From assembly GCA_030248215.1 (NCBI GenBank), contig JASANG010002537.1, positions 248,001 through 312,000 on the forward strand: a DNA stretch of 64,000 bases, read 5' to 3'. How positions within the stretch are numbered: position 1 is the first letter of the stretch; each line of letters begins with the position of its first letter. The notes under the pieces were generated by a model. It worked only from the letters and a program-made list of their open reading frames with translations. It made no database searches and was not told the origin of the DNA. Shown piece by piece: positions 13,501 to 25,011 of this stretch. Source of the stretch: Enoplolaimus lenunculus. Taxonomy: Eukaryota. Both the position numbers and the translations under genes were made by a program.

Positions 13501-16500
13501 GGACTTTTTAAATTATTTAACTGATTATTAGGTCAGAATATGCGTTTGTGCTTTTTGAGTTCTATGTTGGAGGTTCGATCAATACATGTCGTTCCACTAC
13601 GACTGATATTGAGTAGTATCTGGTAATTGTTGATTTTCTTTTGTAGATATTTGGTGGATCGGCATATTACGAAAACATCTGATTGTCATAAACTACATCT
13701 GTTTAATTCGTTTTTATGGCCAAAATTGCGTCATGTGTTTGGTTGTGATAGGTAAAAAAGTGTTTTATTTATTTAACTGTGGTTTTGCTGGTTTAGTTCA
13801 GTGTTTATTAATCTACGCAGCACATGGTGACTGATTAGGGAGAATATAAGTTCTTAAGCTTGTTGCAACACAATCTAATTCAGAACCTTTCAACGATTGC
13901 CTGCTAGACCTGGAAGTTTCTGCCTTGTTTTTGGTGTATTACAGACTGTTTAATATTTGTTGCTTGCTTAGTCCTTCGTTCCATCTGTAAACTGCAAGGT
14001 TGATTATTCGAACATGCTTTTGGATGCTTTAAGGTCTGAGACTTTGCAATATGAACAAATTAAACAACTGCAAAGGTGGACAAAAGACTTAGGTGTGCTT
14101 AAGAAAGATTTTTGGCTAGTTCCTATCTGTGAACGGTAAGTTGCCAACTATACTTTTCGGGTCACTGTTGGTTAGGTTATCATCTTTTTAGAAAGTAGCT
14201 CAAGATAAAAATTTCAATGTAATGTGAGCGAGACTGCCGAGCACTTTTTGTGCGTATGTAAACGTTGTGAACGAAAACGTGAGCAATTTCTTGGTAGGGA
14301 AATATTAGCTTTATTGCCACAGAAAGTATAGTTAAATGTAGATTGATATATTGTGTCGCAATGGACGATTGCTTAATTTGTCTACACGAGAGCCGATGGT
14401 GGGGTTCTGTATTTAATGTTGTAAAATTTATTTGTTTGTATAGCAAATTTTCCGCTGTATAACATCGAGTATTTTTCGTTTGCTATGTGGTGTTTTAGTT
14501 CTCATTGGTACCTAGCAATAATATGCTATCCTGCACATGTATGCAGTGTTTCTACTAGTCAGTGCCCTGCAGCAAAGTGCAGTGCAAACATTGGTTGCAG
14601 CAAATCAACATTTAGCAATAAAGATCAGAGCAGTGGTAGTAGTGCCGCAATGGAGCGTTTTCTCACCGTCAACAATGAGAGTTATAATTCCGAATGTGAC
14701 AGAGTGCCTCGCGAAAATGACCAAAGCTCAAACAACTGTGAACGTTTCGTTACGCCACTCACACCTCAGTCAGGCACATGTTGCTCACCTGATTTCGATA
14801 CGTGGACGCTACACAGTCATTCTAGCAACGGCAATTCCTTGGGCTGCTCAGGCGAAAAGTCTCATCCATCAATAGATACTTCTATTCGTTCGCATAATTC
14901 GTCTCAATCGATTTATGATGCATCAACCGTTTTTCATCAATCAATTGCTGCACGCAACGACCAATGTTGTTGTCTACAGAATCTGACTGATTCTTCTGAT
15001 AGTTCAGAGAGGTATCTTGGAAACATTTTTACCTCTGAAACATTTTTGGTCAAGCCTATAATACGCAGTTAACTCACAATGTAACGTTATATGGTAGACT
15101 ACTAACTCCGTGTGTAGTTTGTTGCGAGAGGTTTTGTTTCGGTTTGAAAAGTTGTCGTTTTTTTGCTGAAACTGCGTATTGCTATCAACGTTCAAATTTA
15201 ACAACAACGTTCAAATTTAGCGCAGATGAATCGTCTTCTGTTTTATACTTTTCAGGCCCTGTGTTTTGCTATTGAATCCGTTAGCAGAACACGAGCTACC
15301 CCACGATGCGAAAGAATTAGTGTACAGGTATGTTTTAAAGCATTGTGTAAACGTATTGGAAATGGCAGGTATAGCACCTAGTTTACGTAGTAAGCAATCT
15401 GTTATTGCACTTTATATTGCTACTGCAGAGTCAATCGAGGGATTTTCGGTTTCGACGCATAAGTATTATTTGACCGTGTTCAGTCTCGTATATAACAGCA
15501 AAACATTTTTGGGTATATTGTGTCAGATTTTGGAATAATTTCTCGGCATATTTCTTAGCGTTGTCATTTTCATGTATAAGCACACATCTTAACCGTTGCT
15601 TTTATTTTTCAGGTTTTTAAATTGTGAATATTTGTGTCAAAATCAGCCGTTTGGTGTACGATGTTTCAACGAACAGTTGGAGTCGTTGCCGTTCAATGAA
15701 CACAGCATGCCTTGGATTGAACCACCTGTGCCACAACAGCAAAATCTACATGATTGTGGTGTTTTTATCCTTCAGTATGCTGAAACATTTTTGCAGGTTG
15801 GTTATAATTTGCTATGTGCCTACCCTGTTGTATTGGCTACTCATGCATAGTTATTGTCATAGTATATTGTAGATAGTGCATTAAAATGTTATCTACTGCA
15901 CTACGTACATACACGCTAACAAACGCAGTTTAACCCTTTCTCACATGAATATTTGCAATTTCATATGAGATGCACTTTCAAGATAAGATTCGATCCCCAG
16001 TCTCTCGTGTGGGAGACGTTTACGATGATTATTCAGCTATAGGAGCTTGACGCTCGAGCCCGAGGGGGCTTTTACGTCTTGTAGAGATTTTGCACTGCAC
16101 ATATGTGTTAGAATTGTTTAACGATGCTCATAGTATCTGTGTTGCTCATTTATTATTTGTGTTTAGTTGCCCATAGAATACTCTATGAGTTAAAGGGTTA
16201 ACAGCATTTAAATTCAAGAAAAAATGTAGTTATGAAACCAACGTTTTTAAGGCGGTCCGTGCTGAATGATTAGCTAACAAGCTGAAACGAGCAAAACATT
16301 TGAGCTAAAATTATCGTTGGGACCCAAATGTTTGAAAAGTTTAATTAAGGCTTTTCAGAACCCGAATGGTTTGACACTCACTGCTCAAAATCCAGTTTCT
16401 TTATCATGTCTTTGCAACACCGGCTGTCAATGTAACAGTCGTTTCTATGCACTCATTGACGCTGTGAAAGTTACGAACAACAAGCGCCGTGTAAGTTTGT

Positions 16501-16662
16501 TCGACTATATTGTGTAACAAACCAATTATATAATATTTTGCTAAATTTTGAGTATTTTATTCAAACTGATGCACTCAACCATTCTTTATTTTTAAATTTT
16601 AGACCATCTATGAGATATGCAAGCAATTCGGTGTGGTGAAAAATATTCTATTTGCATCGTAA
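1518..16662 (+). CDS. SENP6/7: SUMO-specific protease, SENP6/SENP7 (Ulp2-type, peptidase C48); 17 exons, about 755 aa
   Basis: Phase-consistent GT-AG exons: 1518-1558, 1812-1949, 5967-6136, 7713-7835, 7955-8052, 9026-9176, 10036(or 10057)-10161, 12270-12359, 12616-12652, 12906-13031, 13647-13751, 14034-14135, 14499-15011, 15256-15327, 15613-15796, 16359-16490, 16603-16662. C48 motifs: DLDCLAENNYLTDVVVDFYMRYL, HLFNSFLW, RWTKDLGVLKKDFWLVPICERSHWYLAIICYP (His), RPCVLLLNPL, VPQQQNLHDCGVFILQYAETF (Gln/Cys). The long Ser-rich insert after the His is typical of SENP6/7. The stop overlaps AATAAA. The N-terminal exons rest only on splice signals and phase. Confidence 0.88.
2559..3315. mobile_element. 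Non-autonomous TIR DNA transposon with G/C-tract subterminal regions
   Basis: 16-bp TIR CTGGCTTCTCCACAGC / GCTGTGGAGAAGCCAG, flanked on both sides by TGTAT. An internally deleted copy lies at about 33988-34245. Confidence 0.8.
3888..4193. mobile_element. hAT-like MITE (TAGGGATGTGCCG family)
   Basis: TIR TAGGGATGTGCCGAT / ATCGGCACATCCCTA with CCGAT subrepeats. Copies at 11149-11514, about 33306-33694, and a fragment near 42011. Confidence 0.85.
4728..5332. mobile_element. hAT-like MITE (CAGGGA..GGCGGTCTCG family)
   Basis: Imperfect TIR CAGGGATAGGCGGTCTCG / CGAGACCGCCCGTCCCTG with GAGAC subrepeats. Distant relative at about 31825-32180. Confidence 0.7.
6195..6365 (+). mobile_element. Non-LTR retrotransposon (LINE) 3' fragment with a CCHC zinc knuckle
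   Basis: Translation GCRLNYHFYNLKLLVTNVCPFCSYEADTGTHFLLRCEKYAVFR matches the CxxC-x8-H-x4-C motif at the C-terminus of LINE ORF2. Lies in SENP intron 3. Confidence 0.65.
6383..7594 (-). mobile_element. Helentron/HINE (DINE-1-like) element with a central tandem array of about 150-180 bp units
   Basis: About 6.5 units starting TATGCAAATTAGCTATTAGCTAACTA (near 6384, 6534, 6684, 6858, 7021, 7196, 7378). The end reads TTGAGCGAAGC..GTCCGTTCGTCCGTCCG..ATCTCAGGAACGGATGAACCGATTTTGAC on the minus strand. A shorter copy in the opposite orientation lies at 13220-13560. Confidence 0.7.
8149..8473. mobile_element. hAT MITE (CAGGGTGGCA family)
   Basis: TIR CAGGGTGGCA / TGCTACCCTG, perfect 8-bp TSD CGACTAAC, GGATTC subrepeats. 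Copies at about 48080-48420 and 33772-34376 (interrupted). Confidence 0.9.
8510..8640 (+). ncRNA. Candidate intronic H/ACA snoRNA
   Basis: Hairpin (CATTG..GAGTTCA/TGAGCTT..CAATG), H box ACAACA (ANANNA), second hairpin (CAAGAT/ATCTTG), then ACA 14 nt after the upper stem. About 130 nt in SENP intron 5. No target identified. Confidence 0.35.
9302..9380 (+). ncRNA. Intronic box C/D snoRNA, SNORD12/snR190-like
   Basis: Terminal stem GTTTGA/TCAAAC, C box ATGATGA (9309-9315), D box CTGA (9371-9374), 3-nt k-turn bulge, and GTCTTCTTTCCCC complementary to the conserved LSU rRNA segment GGGGAAAGAAGAC. Sense orientation in SENP intron 6. Confidence 0.7.
10198..11585. mobile_element. Cluster of CAGGGTGCA(AC) hAT-like MITEs with a nested TAGGGATG MITE
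   Basis: Elements at 10198-10468 and 10523-about 11585 (AATCGG subrepeats). The nested element 11149-11514 has the 8-bp TSD ATTATAAT/ACTATAAT. A relative lacking the insert lies at about 46640-47065. Confidence 0.75.
13220..13560 (+). mobile_element. Truncated HINE/Helentron-type element
   Basis: Reverse-complement match to 7500-7594 and to the tandem unit of 6383-7400. Confidence 0.7.
15930..16201. mobile_element. piggyBac-like MITE with an internal tRNA-like cassette
   Basis: TTAA|CCCTTTCTCA...TGAGTTAAAGGG|TTAA. Homologous to 54441-54710. Confidence 0.8.
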
Positions 16663-17901
16663 TAAATGTTTGTCACAATCTCAGTTGATTTGTTTCAGTT
16701 TATAGCTCCTATCTTATATTTTGATCCCGCTGTCGTATTATTGTATCACTCAGGTGAAACTTTTTTCTTGCGTAAACTTTATTACACAGTAAAGCTTTTC
16801 TTGAACAAACTATATTATTTGATCGTTTGTTAGTCTTCAAGCCAGAATGTTTTGCGTTTCGTAATTACTTCGATTAACACTTTCTGGGAAACATTGTTAA
16901 AAGTGCCACAATTTACTACCCTCAGTGTACAAATATCAATCTACATATTGTTTTCAATTTCTACTAAATTTATATTGTAATGGTGATGTTTTCAATCATA
17001 TTGTATTTATTTATTGACAATAAAATGTTCAAATAGTGTTTTAAGTTGAGTGGTAGGATTGGTATAAAGCAGCTCGTCTAAACGAATATGAGTTTTCAAG
17101 ATTTTTACAGCCAGGGTGCAACTGGATATCCGTTTAAGGTTAAATCTTGTGTCTGTTTATACGTTATAAAAAATGCCGGAAATGGTTATAATTATGTTCA
17201 AAACTACATATATATCGCAGTTTTTCGTGGCAAATTGGTGCTGTTGATTTCAGAAACTCGTTGAATATTCCGAAGTCTCTATTGTCAAATACATCTATGA
17301 AAGTTCTATTTCAATTTCCGTTATTTTTACTATTCGTTTGCAGCCTATCGACAACCCCGAAAATAGGAAGGCACAGCGTAATTCCCCCCCCCCCCCAGAA
17401 AGCTCTAGCATAGTATATCCAAAACACCCAGTTTAAATCAGAAGCAAAAACGATACCCCGCAACATTTCCTTTCGGAAACCTCGTGCTAACGTTATATTT
17501 CTGCGTTTTACAAAATTTCGCTGCAACAGCCAAACATAAACCTTTGGTTTTAATGTTTTGCGGTGAACAAATCCAAGGTGAACCGGCAGACGATGCGAGC
17601 AATAGCTGTCACACAACGATTGAAAGAATAGCAAAGCAATGGCACTGCAAAAGTATTGCCGATACTTTTTTAACATACTAGTCTGTTTGAATGCTATAAA
17701 TTTCACTTCCTGGCGTTTATCAGCGTGTCTGATAATTGAAACTGTTCTCTCTTGCGTTTGTGTTTGTAAAAACTAATTGAAATGAGCCAGTCTCATAAAA
17801 TTTAAATCATGTACAGAAATTGTCGAATAATTCGGTAAAGTTTTTCTATCTTTTCTTAAATGCAGACCTGTTGCCCCCTGATTAATACATAGATTTACAT
17901 G

Positions 17902-17908
17902 TTTTCAG
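17902..17908 (+). promoter_or_regulatory. TTTTCAG acceptor 10 nt upstream of the MBTPS2 ATG; possible SL trans-splice site
   Basis: Perfect nematode consensus TTTTCAG just before the start codon. It could also close an ordinary 5' UTR intron. Confidence 0.45.
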
Positions 17909-17918
17909 CTACAACAAT

Positions 17919-20900
17919 ATGAATTTGATTGTGGCAATATGTATCATTGTATTTTGGATAGTAGCGACAATAATATATTTTATATTAGACAAATGGTGTA
18001 GCAGTAATTCAATCAGGTTGAATGAACAGGGACTATCTCTATCATTGTGTCAAGTACGTTTGTAAATGTTTGCCGACGCGAAATAGTCAGGCACGCTGCC
18101 AGATGTTGACACCAGAACTATGGTCCATACTATAGAATCTGTTCAAAGTCGCTTGTACATCATCAGAAACCGTTGTATGCCCCCTCTAAAACATATTTGG
18201 GTAGAGATTTTAAAAGGAGAGAGTACATACAGTTTTCAAGTTATGCGTTACATTTTTGGAAAATGTAAGACATAACATAGTTTTTGTTTTAACTTCTGCA
18301 CGCAACAAAATATGACGCTGTCTTGCCTGTATACTCGAATACATTTGGGTTATCGTAATATATCTCGTTAGTTTTAGCAACGAAATTTTCACAATTTTTA
18401 AGAAAATTGAGTTGTTCAATGATTTTATTGGCCTGGGGCAACATTTTTTCCTTTAATTGCCAAGATTTGTCCAAAAAGAAAATAAAGACAAGACATTGCG
18501 GATGGTTGTCAATTAAAAGCCCAAATTTCAACAATGTTTAAGTACCTTTATTGTCTGACCAACAGCTACCGCAAGTTTGGCTGATTTCCGACACAAGTTT
18601 AATTTTGGAAATTTGTATATTTGTGTTGCTTCGCTGACGTCTGTTTTTTCCAACTGCTAAATTATGTTTTATAGATACGATTTCGTTCGAAACGCATTGC
18701 CAAGAAAATATTTGCAACATTAACCTCAGTTGTAACTGAAAATCCTGCAGTAGAAACGGTGTGCTGTATATGGTTTGATTTGGGAATACTTGTTGCGTCC
18801 ACAGCAACCGTTGCCACACTTGGTTTTCTGTCATGGCTTACTCTGCGGTCTATCGTTATGCCTTGCTGCGAAAGCGTAGTCTTTACTTTCTTTGCCGAAC
18901 AGTCAGACACTACGCTTATTGGACAAGAAAGATCTGAACCGATTGTTCTGGTTCCGATCGTTCCTGGGGCTAACGTTCCATTGAGTCAGGTAATTCATTA
19001 TTTACCTGATAAGCAGTGACTTCCGGCTCCGGTATAATTCGTTGTGCTCCGTTGCTGATAGTTGGCTATCTGGTTTCAGCCTGCTGATAATTATGTGGCA
19101 CATTTAAAGATCAGGGGCGGAACGTTTTTCTATTGAGCTGCAATAGAGTATGCTTAAGCTTTAGACTATTTTTGCTTAGGCTTAGGCTTTAGTTTAGGAA
19201 AATGTTTATACTACAGTGTTACGGCCCTGTCCTATACATTGGTCAGTTATGTCAATGGCGTATCGAGGTGGTGCGGATTCGTGGAGTTGCTTCGGAAACA
19301 AAAGTGAAATACCGGTTTTTATTAAGTAGAATTGACGTACTCTTAACAACGATTTTATATATTGGTCAATGTTTTCACTGGACTATCATTTCGTATGTTG
19401 GATGCATTATAAACCATTGCCTTTGTGCACAACCTGCACTCAGCGACTGTACATTAATTTGGTATAAAATTTCAAAAGTTAAGTATTAATTGTAATGGAT
19501 TTTGGATTTATTTTTGTTTTCTGAGGAATTTAAAACTCTTATGCTATGTATTTAAGGTTAACACAGGAAATGTATTGTTTTTGTTTACTGTTCTGCAATG
19601 GAAAATTTAATTTTGACACTTTGCTTAAAAGCGAAATTCTTAATTGCAGTGATAATAATTGTCCTTTTTAGCGTTTCAGGTTCCAATTTTAGTTGCAGCT
19701 ATTGCGATTGCTGGAGTGCTACATGAGTTAGGGCATGCTACGGCCGCTTGCGTTGAACGTATCACCGTAACTGCGTTTGGCGGATTTCTGGTCACAGTTT
19801 ATCCAGGTTGGTCAATTTACACTGTTTTCAGATAATGATGTGGCCTGGACCAGAATTTATAACCAGACCGCTGGCAGTCGGGACCGGATCAGTTTGGTTT
19901 TAGCGGATCGAAGGTACGGACCGAAAGTCGAACAACAATCTCATTCATCGCTCAATTAATACTGAAAAATTACAGATTTACTGGTTCGATCCGTATTCGT
20001 AAACTGGTCTTTAAATGAAATCGCTACACTGCAAATTTTTCCGAAACGTGTAAATATTGTTTTAAGCGATTATTTGTTTGCAAAATTTTGTCCTTTATAC
20101 CATGGAAACCATTGCAGTAAAATTTTAATTAAACACCAGATAACCTACGACGGACCGTACCGAAACTAAACGGACCGGACCGGACCGCTAAAAGTTTCTG
20201 GACCGGTTCCGTCCAGTTCACCTATTTATTTTCATGTGCCTGTAGACATAAATATGTTTTTTATTGAAAATTGTCTAAAAGCGAAATGTTTCGATATTAA
20301 TTTTCTCAGCAAAAGAATGAATTTGCACAAAATAAAGAGTTCAAGATTGTGTAAACTTTAATAGGACAGTTAATCTAAATGTTACAACAAATAAAATTAC
20401 TGAAATTTCCCCAACAATTCAGTTATTCGAGATTACAGTTTTTTTTTACGTAGTTTAGTATCGAGTTGTATGTTGAATTTTCAAAGCTACATCTATTCCG
20501 GTTGACTTGATTTTTATTCCAGCATATAGTTGTTGTAATGAAGGTTAAAGCCGTAAACACTGCCGGAATCAGCTTCTGAGCTAAAAAAGAATCATTGTGA
20601 AATTAAGGATATTTCAATATTAATATCTTAATTCCCCAGCGAGCTGCGAGAGGAGTAAAAATTTGAAACATTCTTGGACAACACAACGCTGTTGTGCAAA
20701 TTCAACGTTGTTTTGTGCAGTTTAATCTTTTATGTTTTCAATGGAGACACCGCTGTTAATTGTTTTGTTCAAATTCATACGTTACAATTGTTACAAAGTC
20801 CACTTGCTAATTTGTACTGTTGTATCCTTATTATTTTTAAATTAAATATTTTCTCTTAGTTGTTCACAGTTTACTCGTTGTGGGAAGATGTTCAGTTTAT

Positions 20901-23900
20901 AAGCTAACATTTTATTTCAAAATTATTTTAGGAGCCTTTACGGAACTTGACGAGCGTGCGTTCCAGTTACTTTCGCTACATCGACGGCAACGTATCTTAT
21001 GCGCTGGCATCTGGCACAACATTGTCACCGCTGCAGTTTGTGTATTGATACTGTTTTATTTGCCTACTTTACTACTTCCGTTCTATTCTCAGTCATCCAA
21101 CGGTGCTACAGTTGCCTGGGTTGATCCTGATAGTCTTCTATACGACAGTCAAAGTATTTCAGGACTTTCGCCAGGGAACACAATAACAGAAATAAACGGA
21201 TGTAACACAAACAATATAGCCTTATTCAACGGATGTTTGGAAGATATAAACATGTCTGCGAGTGCTGGATATTGTCTTGATAAAGAATTGGTAAGTAGCC
21301 TCAGCTGGCGGATCCAACTGAGGGCACCAGCCCACCACAACATGGGTTAAAATCAAAATCTTGCACTATGATTTAGTACCCAAATAGTGTTTGGCTTCTA
21401 ACTCGCTTTGTGTTCTCTTTTGTTTCGTATGTCGCGCGGCCTTGTTCATGAGAAATTTCTGGATCCGCCACTGGTAGTCTCGTTTGACCCTTGTGGTGTT
21501 TAGCCACTTTGATTTGTAGTTACTTCACTGCATGATGACGACCGATTTTATACCACAATGGCTGTGCTGTTTTTCCGGTATCATAGGGCCATTTCTCTAC
21601 GATACGATTCATCCTACTAGAGAAATTGTCCCAGGACAATTCATCCTTTCGGAGAAATCGTCCCTGAGCTATTCTTCCTCCTAAATTTCATTAGGACAAT
21701 TCCACTGCCGTCGCAGGACAAATACTCCCCAATTAAAAATTGTTGTGGAATATTTTCTCTCAGTACCGTTCCTCATTCTTCCTCCTAAATTTCATTAGGA
21801 CAACTCCACTGCCGTCGCAGGACAAATACTCCCCAATTAAAAATTGTTGTGGAATATTTTCTCTCAGTACCGTTCCTCTCCTTGCGTCTCGTACTATTAT
21901 TTCATTCCACGCGTTAACTTTTATAAGAGATCTTGGTTGTGCAAAGGCTGTTTAATATATTTTCCCATGAATTGTACCAGGACGTTGTCTCCGGGGGAGA
22001 AAGCGTCCTGTGACAAAGGAATTCAGGTTTATCAGTGATTTTGTTACTGTAAATCATTGGGTACAAGGTAAAATGCGTTGTTTTCAAACAAATAACGGAA
22101 AGTTATATTCGCGAAGGTTTTGCTCAAAATTGTTCAAATACCCTAACTATGAAATTGCTATGCGAAAATTTATTGATGGTACTTGTTAACGAACATTTTC
22201 GCACAAATTTACTGCTGAAAGCAGTCTTGAAATCTGCCTGTTCCTGCCCCGCAGCCAGGAATTCTTAGTATAAGGTTTAACATTTCCACGCCGGCAAACG
22301 GAAATTTTCCAATATAGAATTTTTTAATACGGATAGTACTTTTGGCCAGCGGGGGGCGAAGCTGTTTGCGTGAGACGGGTACTCGCCGTCACGTTGCAGC
22401 GGGTCTGTCCTGCTCGTATTCAAAATGCCGTGTGTTGTGTTTTCGTTTAGACGAACGCCAATGCTACAGCTATGTTTCATTTTGACACCTATGAAATAGT
22501 TTGTTGCCCAGATCAACTCGCGACAACTCATATATGTTTTGAGTTTGAAGCCATTGGTTCGGACGAAATCAGCCGTGGGTTAGAAAATCATTCTCACAGT
22601 TTAACAAAATTTGCTTGCCTTCATGCTCGGCAAGTAATTGATTACAAAAAGTGTCAAAAATTAACAACAAGAACCGATTGCGCGGCTGGCGATGTTTGTG
22701 TTATACCAGCAGTTTATAATGGCACCAAGTTGTTCAAGATTACGACGTTAACAATGCCATCTAAAGCAGTGTTGTTTGTTGGGACTGTTTCGCAGGTTTG
22801 TGGCTTATTCGCGGCCTCGCCTCAGCAACACCGTGTTTAGCGAGGTCGTGTTTAGATGGTTGTTCGTTTCGGTTTTGGTTTGCATATGCACGTAATGGCA
22901 GAGGTTGTACATCTGTATATATATTTTTTACTACAATCTTTTTATTACTAATTGCTTTAAGACATTCGCAGTTTGAGTGCAAGTCATCATAAATGGTGAC
23001 ATTTTTGAGCCTGACGATGCTTCCAGACAAGAATTAATTCGTTCGTTGAAGCAATGTATGCCAGTGCAGGAATATAATTTTGAGATCTATAAACGTTCCA
23101 CAAATTGAGTTATGAAATATTCGAAAAACTTCTGCGATGGCTTATTAAATTACGAACCAATTTACCGAAAGATAGCATTCTGAATTTTGAATAATGAAAA
23201 CTAAAAATAGAGTATAACGATGTAAATGCTGGGACAGTGGTGACATACTCGCAGTAACAACGAATAGCCTATATAAGCACTACTACATATTTTTCGATAG
23301 ACAAATATACGATGGACTCACTACAGTCAAACCTGTGTTAAACTGTAATTAATTACTTAGACCAAGACTGCATGACACATAACTAGACTAACAAAAAACT
23401 AAACTGTGCGGTCGAAAATTATCCAACTTATTTTCAAAGATATAACCAAAATGTCTATATACTAAATCATCCAGCTAAAGATAAACTCGTAGGAACAACC
23501 ATCCAGCCTTCTTTTAGTAAATCCAAGCGCCAATAATCCAAACCCCAACGATGTTGAACATATAAGCGTAATTTGCATAACGTGCAAATTAAACCAAGCT
23601 AAATCATATATCGATGTGACACTTGTGAGATTATTTTTAGTCAGTCAAGGAACACGCGGTGTATTGTTATTTTCAGATTGAATCTGACTTAATTCTATCT
23701 GATTACCGTTCACGAATTCCATTCATAGTCAGCGAAATGATGCCGTGGTATTGTGAGCTTTGGTTGAAATATATGATCACGATATCATTGACACTTGGCC
23801 TAGTTAATTCGGTGCCATGTTATGGCTTGGATGGCGAATATTCATGTGAAGTATTAGTAACAATTATTGCTAATTGGCTGAATTTGTCTCGAACATGTCG

Positions 23901-23994
23901 AAGAAAAGTAACACAGTTTATGACGGTTTATGGCACTTTTGTTCTTGCGGTTAATATGGTCTATGCTATTATTAAATTTTTTATAAATACATAA
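17919..23994 (+). CDS. MBTPS2: Site-2 protease (membrane-bound transcription factor peptidase, M50); 6 exons, about 532 aa
   Basis: Exons 17919-18053, 18675-18989, 19680-19806, 20932-21290, 22451-22795, 23677-23994. Motifs: PIVPGANVP, zinc-binding LHELGHA, VYPGAFTEL, RILCAGIWHN, PDZ-like/Cys-rich lumenal insert, NSVPCYGLDG (NxxPxxxLDG). Confidence 0.95.
21302..21473. mobile_element. Small CAGTGGCGGATCCA-type MITE
   Basis: TIR CAGCTGGCGGATCCA / TGGATCCGCCACTG with near-TSD GTAGCCTC/GTAGTCTC, about 11 nt after an MBTPS2 donor. Confidence 0.65.
21671..21878. repeat. Tandem duplication, 2 x 104 bp
   Basis: ATTCTTCCTCCTAAATTTC...CAGTACCGTTCCTC occurs twice, nearly identical. Confidence 0.9.
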
Positions 23995-24500
23995 CAGTAA
24001 TTAACTGTTCTATTTCATTTTTAAGCACTATCAAAAGCTTACGCAAAAGAAATCAATTTTCTGAATTGTATAAGAAGTAATTCGGAGCAAAATCTTTAAT
24101 GACGTTCGAACTGCTCTTGTAAAATTTTCGGACAACTCCCATACGTAACGCAGTCTGAAGCGTAAATATGGTACATGAACAATATAGAAATTTTAAGAAT
24201 TGTCAACACTGCGCTTCAAAATTGTGTCAAAAATTTCAATTCCAATACATTTCGCTGCTTCATTTTGCGTCACCACCTCCGGGTACGGCTTCAGCTTCGG
24301 CGATAGAGTTCCTAAACTCTAGAGTCCATATATGATTCAGGACCAATAAACGTTTAAACTCCAACGGATTGTTGTGAAACCGGACATATCAGTAACGAAG
24401 GGTGAATTAAAATTAAATAACAGTCCATAACCGAATGAATAACAATGGAGTACCTCTGGAAAAGTAAAATAAATATCGGCTCCCCTCTTATTCGAGTCAC

Positions 24501-24710
24501 TACACTGTAAAAACACTGAGTCAAATTGACTCTCCGAAATAGGCTCTACGGGACTACACAAACTGAGTCAAATTCGACTCCACCAGAGTCATACGTGCGA
24601 CTTAGTGAGTTGAATTTGACTCTGGTGGAGTCGAATTTGACTCAGTTTGTGTAGTCCCGTAGAGCCTATTTCGGAGAGAGTCAATATGACTCATCATTTT
24701 CTGCAGTGTA
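24501..24710. mobile_element. Palindromic foldback MITE, TA|CACTG...CAGTG|TA
   Basis: About 90-bp near-perfect inverted arms around a short loop, with internal GAGTCAAATT(C)GACTC mini-palindromes. Confidence 0.9.
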
Positions 24711-25011
24711 CAGCAGCTAGCAGTTCTCTTCATTTTTCACATCTGGTACATCCTGTAATCTAGTACTTGCCGGAGAACGGGATATATCGGTTTGAGGTGA
24801 ACATCGGTATCCGGTTTCGTGAACAGTGTATGGAACAAGGGCGCACTGTTTTTGCATAATCTTACGCTTCGAGATATTTTTTGCTTAGGCTTGTGCTTTA
24901 GGCTTAGGAACATGATTTTATACTGCCGTTACGGCCCTTGGTTACAGCAGAAAACTTAAATAATTTAAAGTTTACTTTCTTAACATGTATTCGTTTTTTG
25001 TTTCCATTATT

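Noticed and set aside
23250..23560. LINE 3' remnant in the last MBTPS2 intron
   Set aside because: Skewed composition only; no convincing protein motif.
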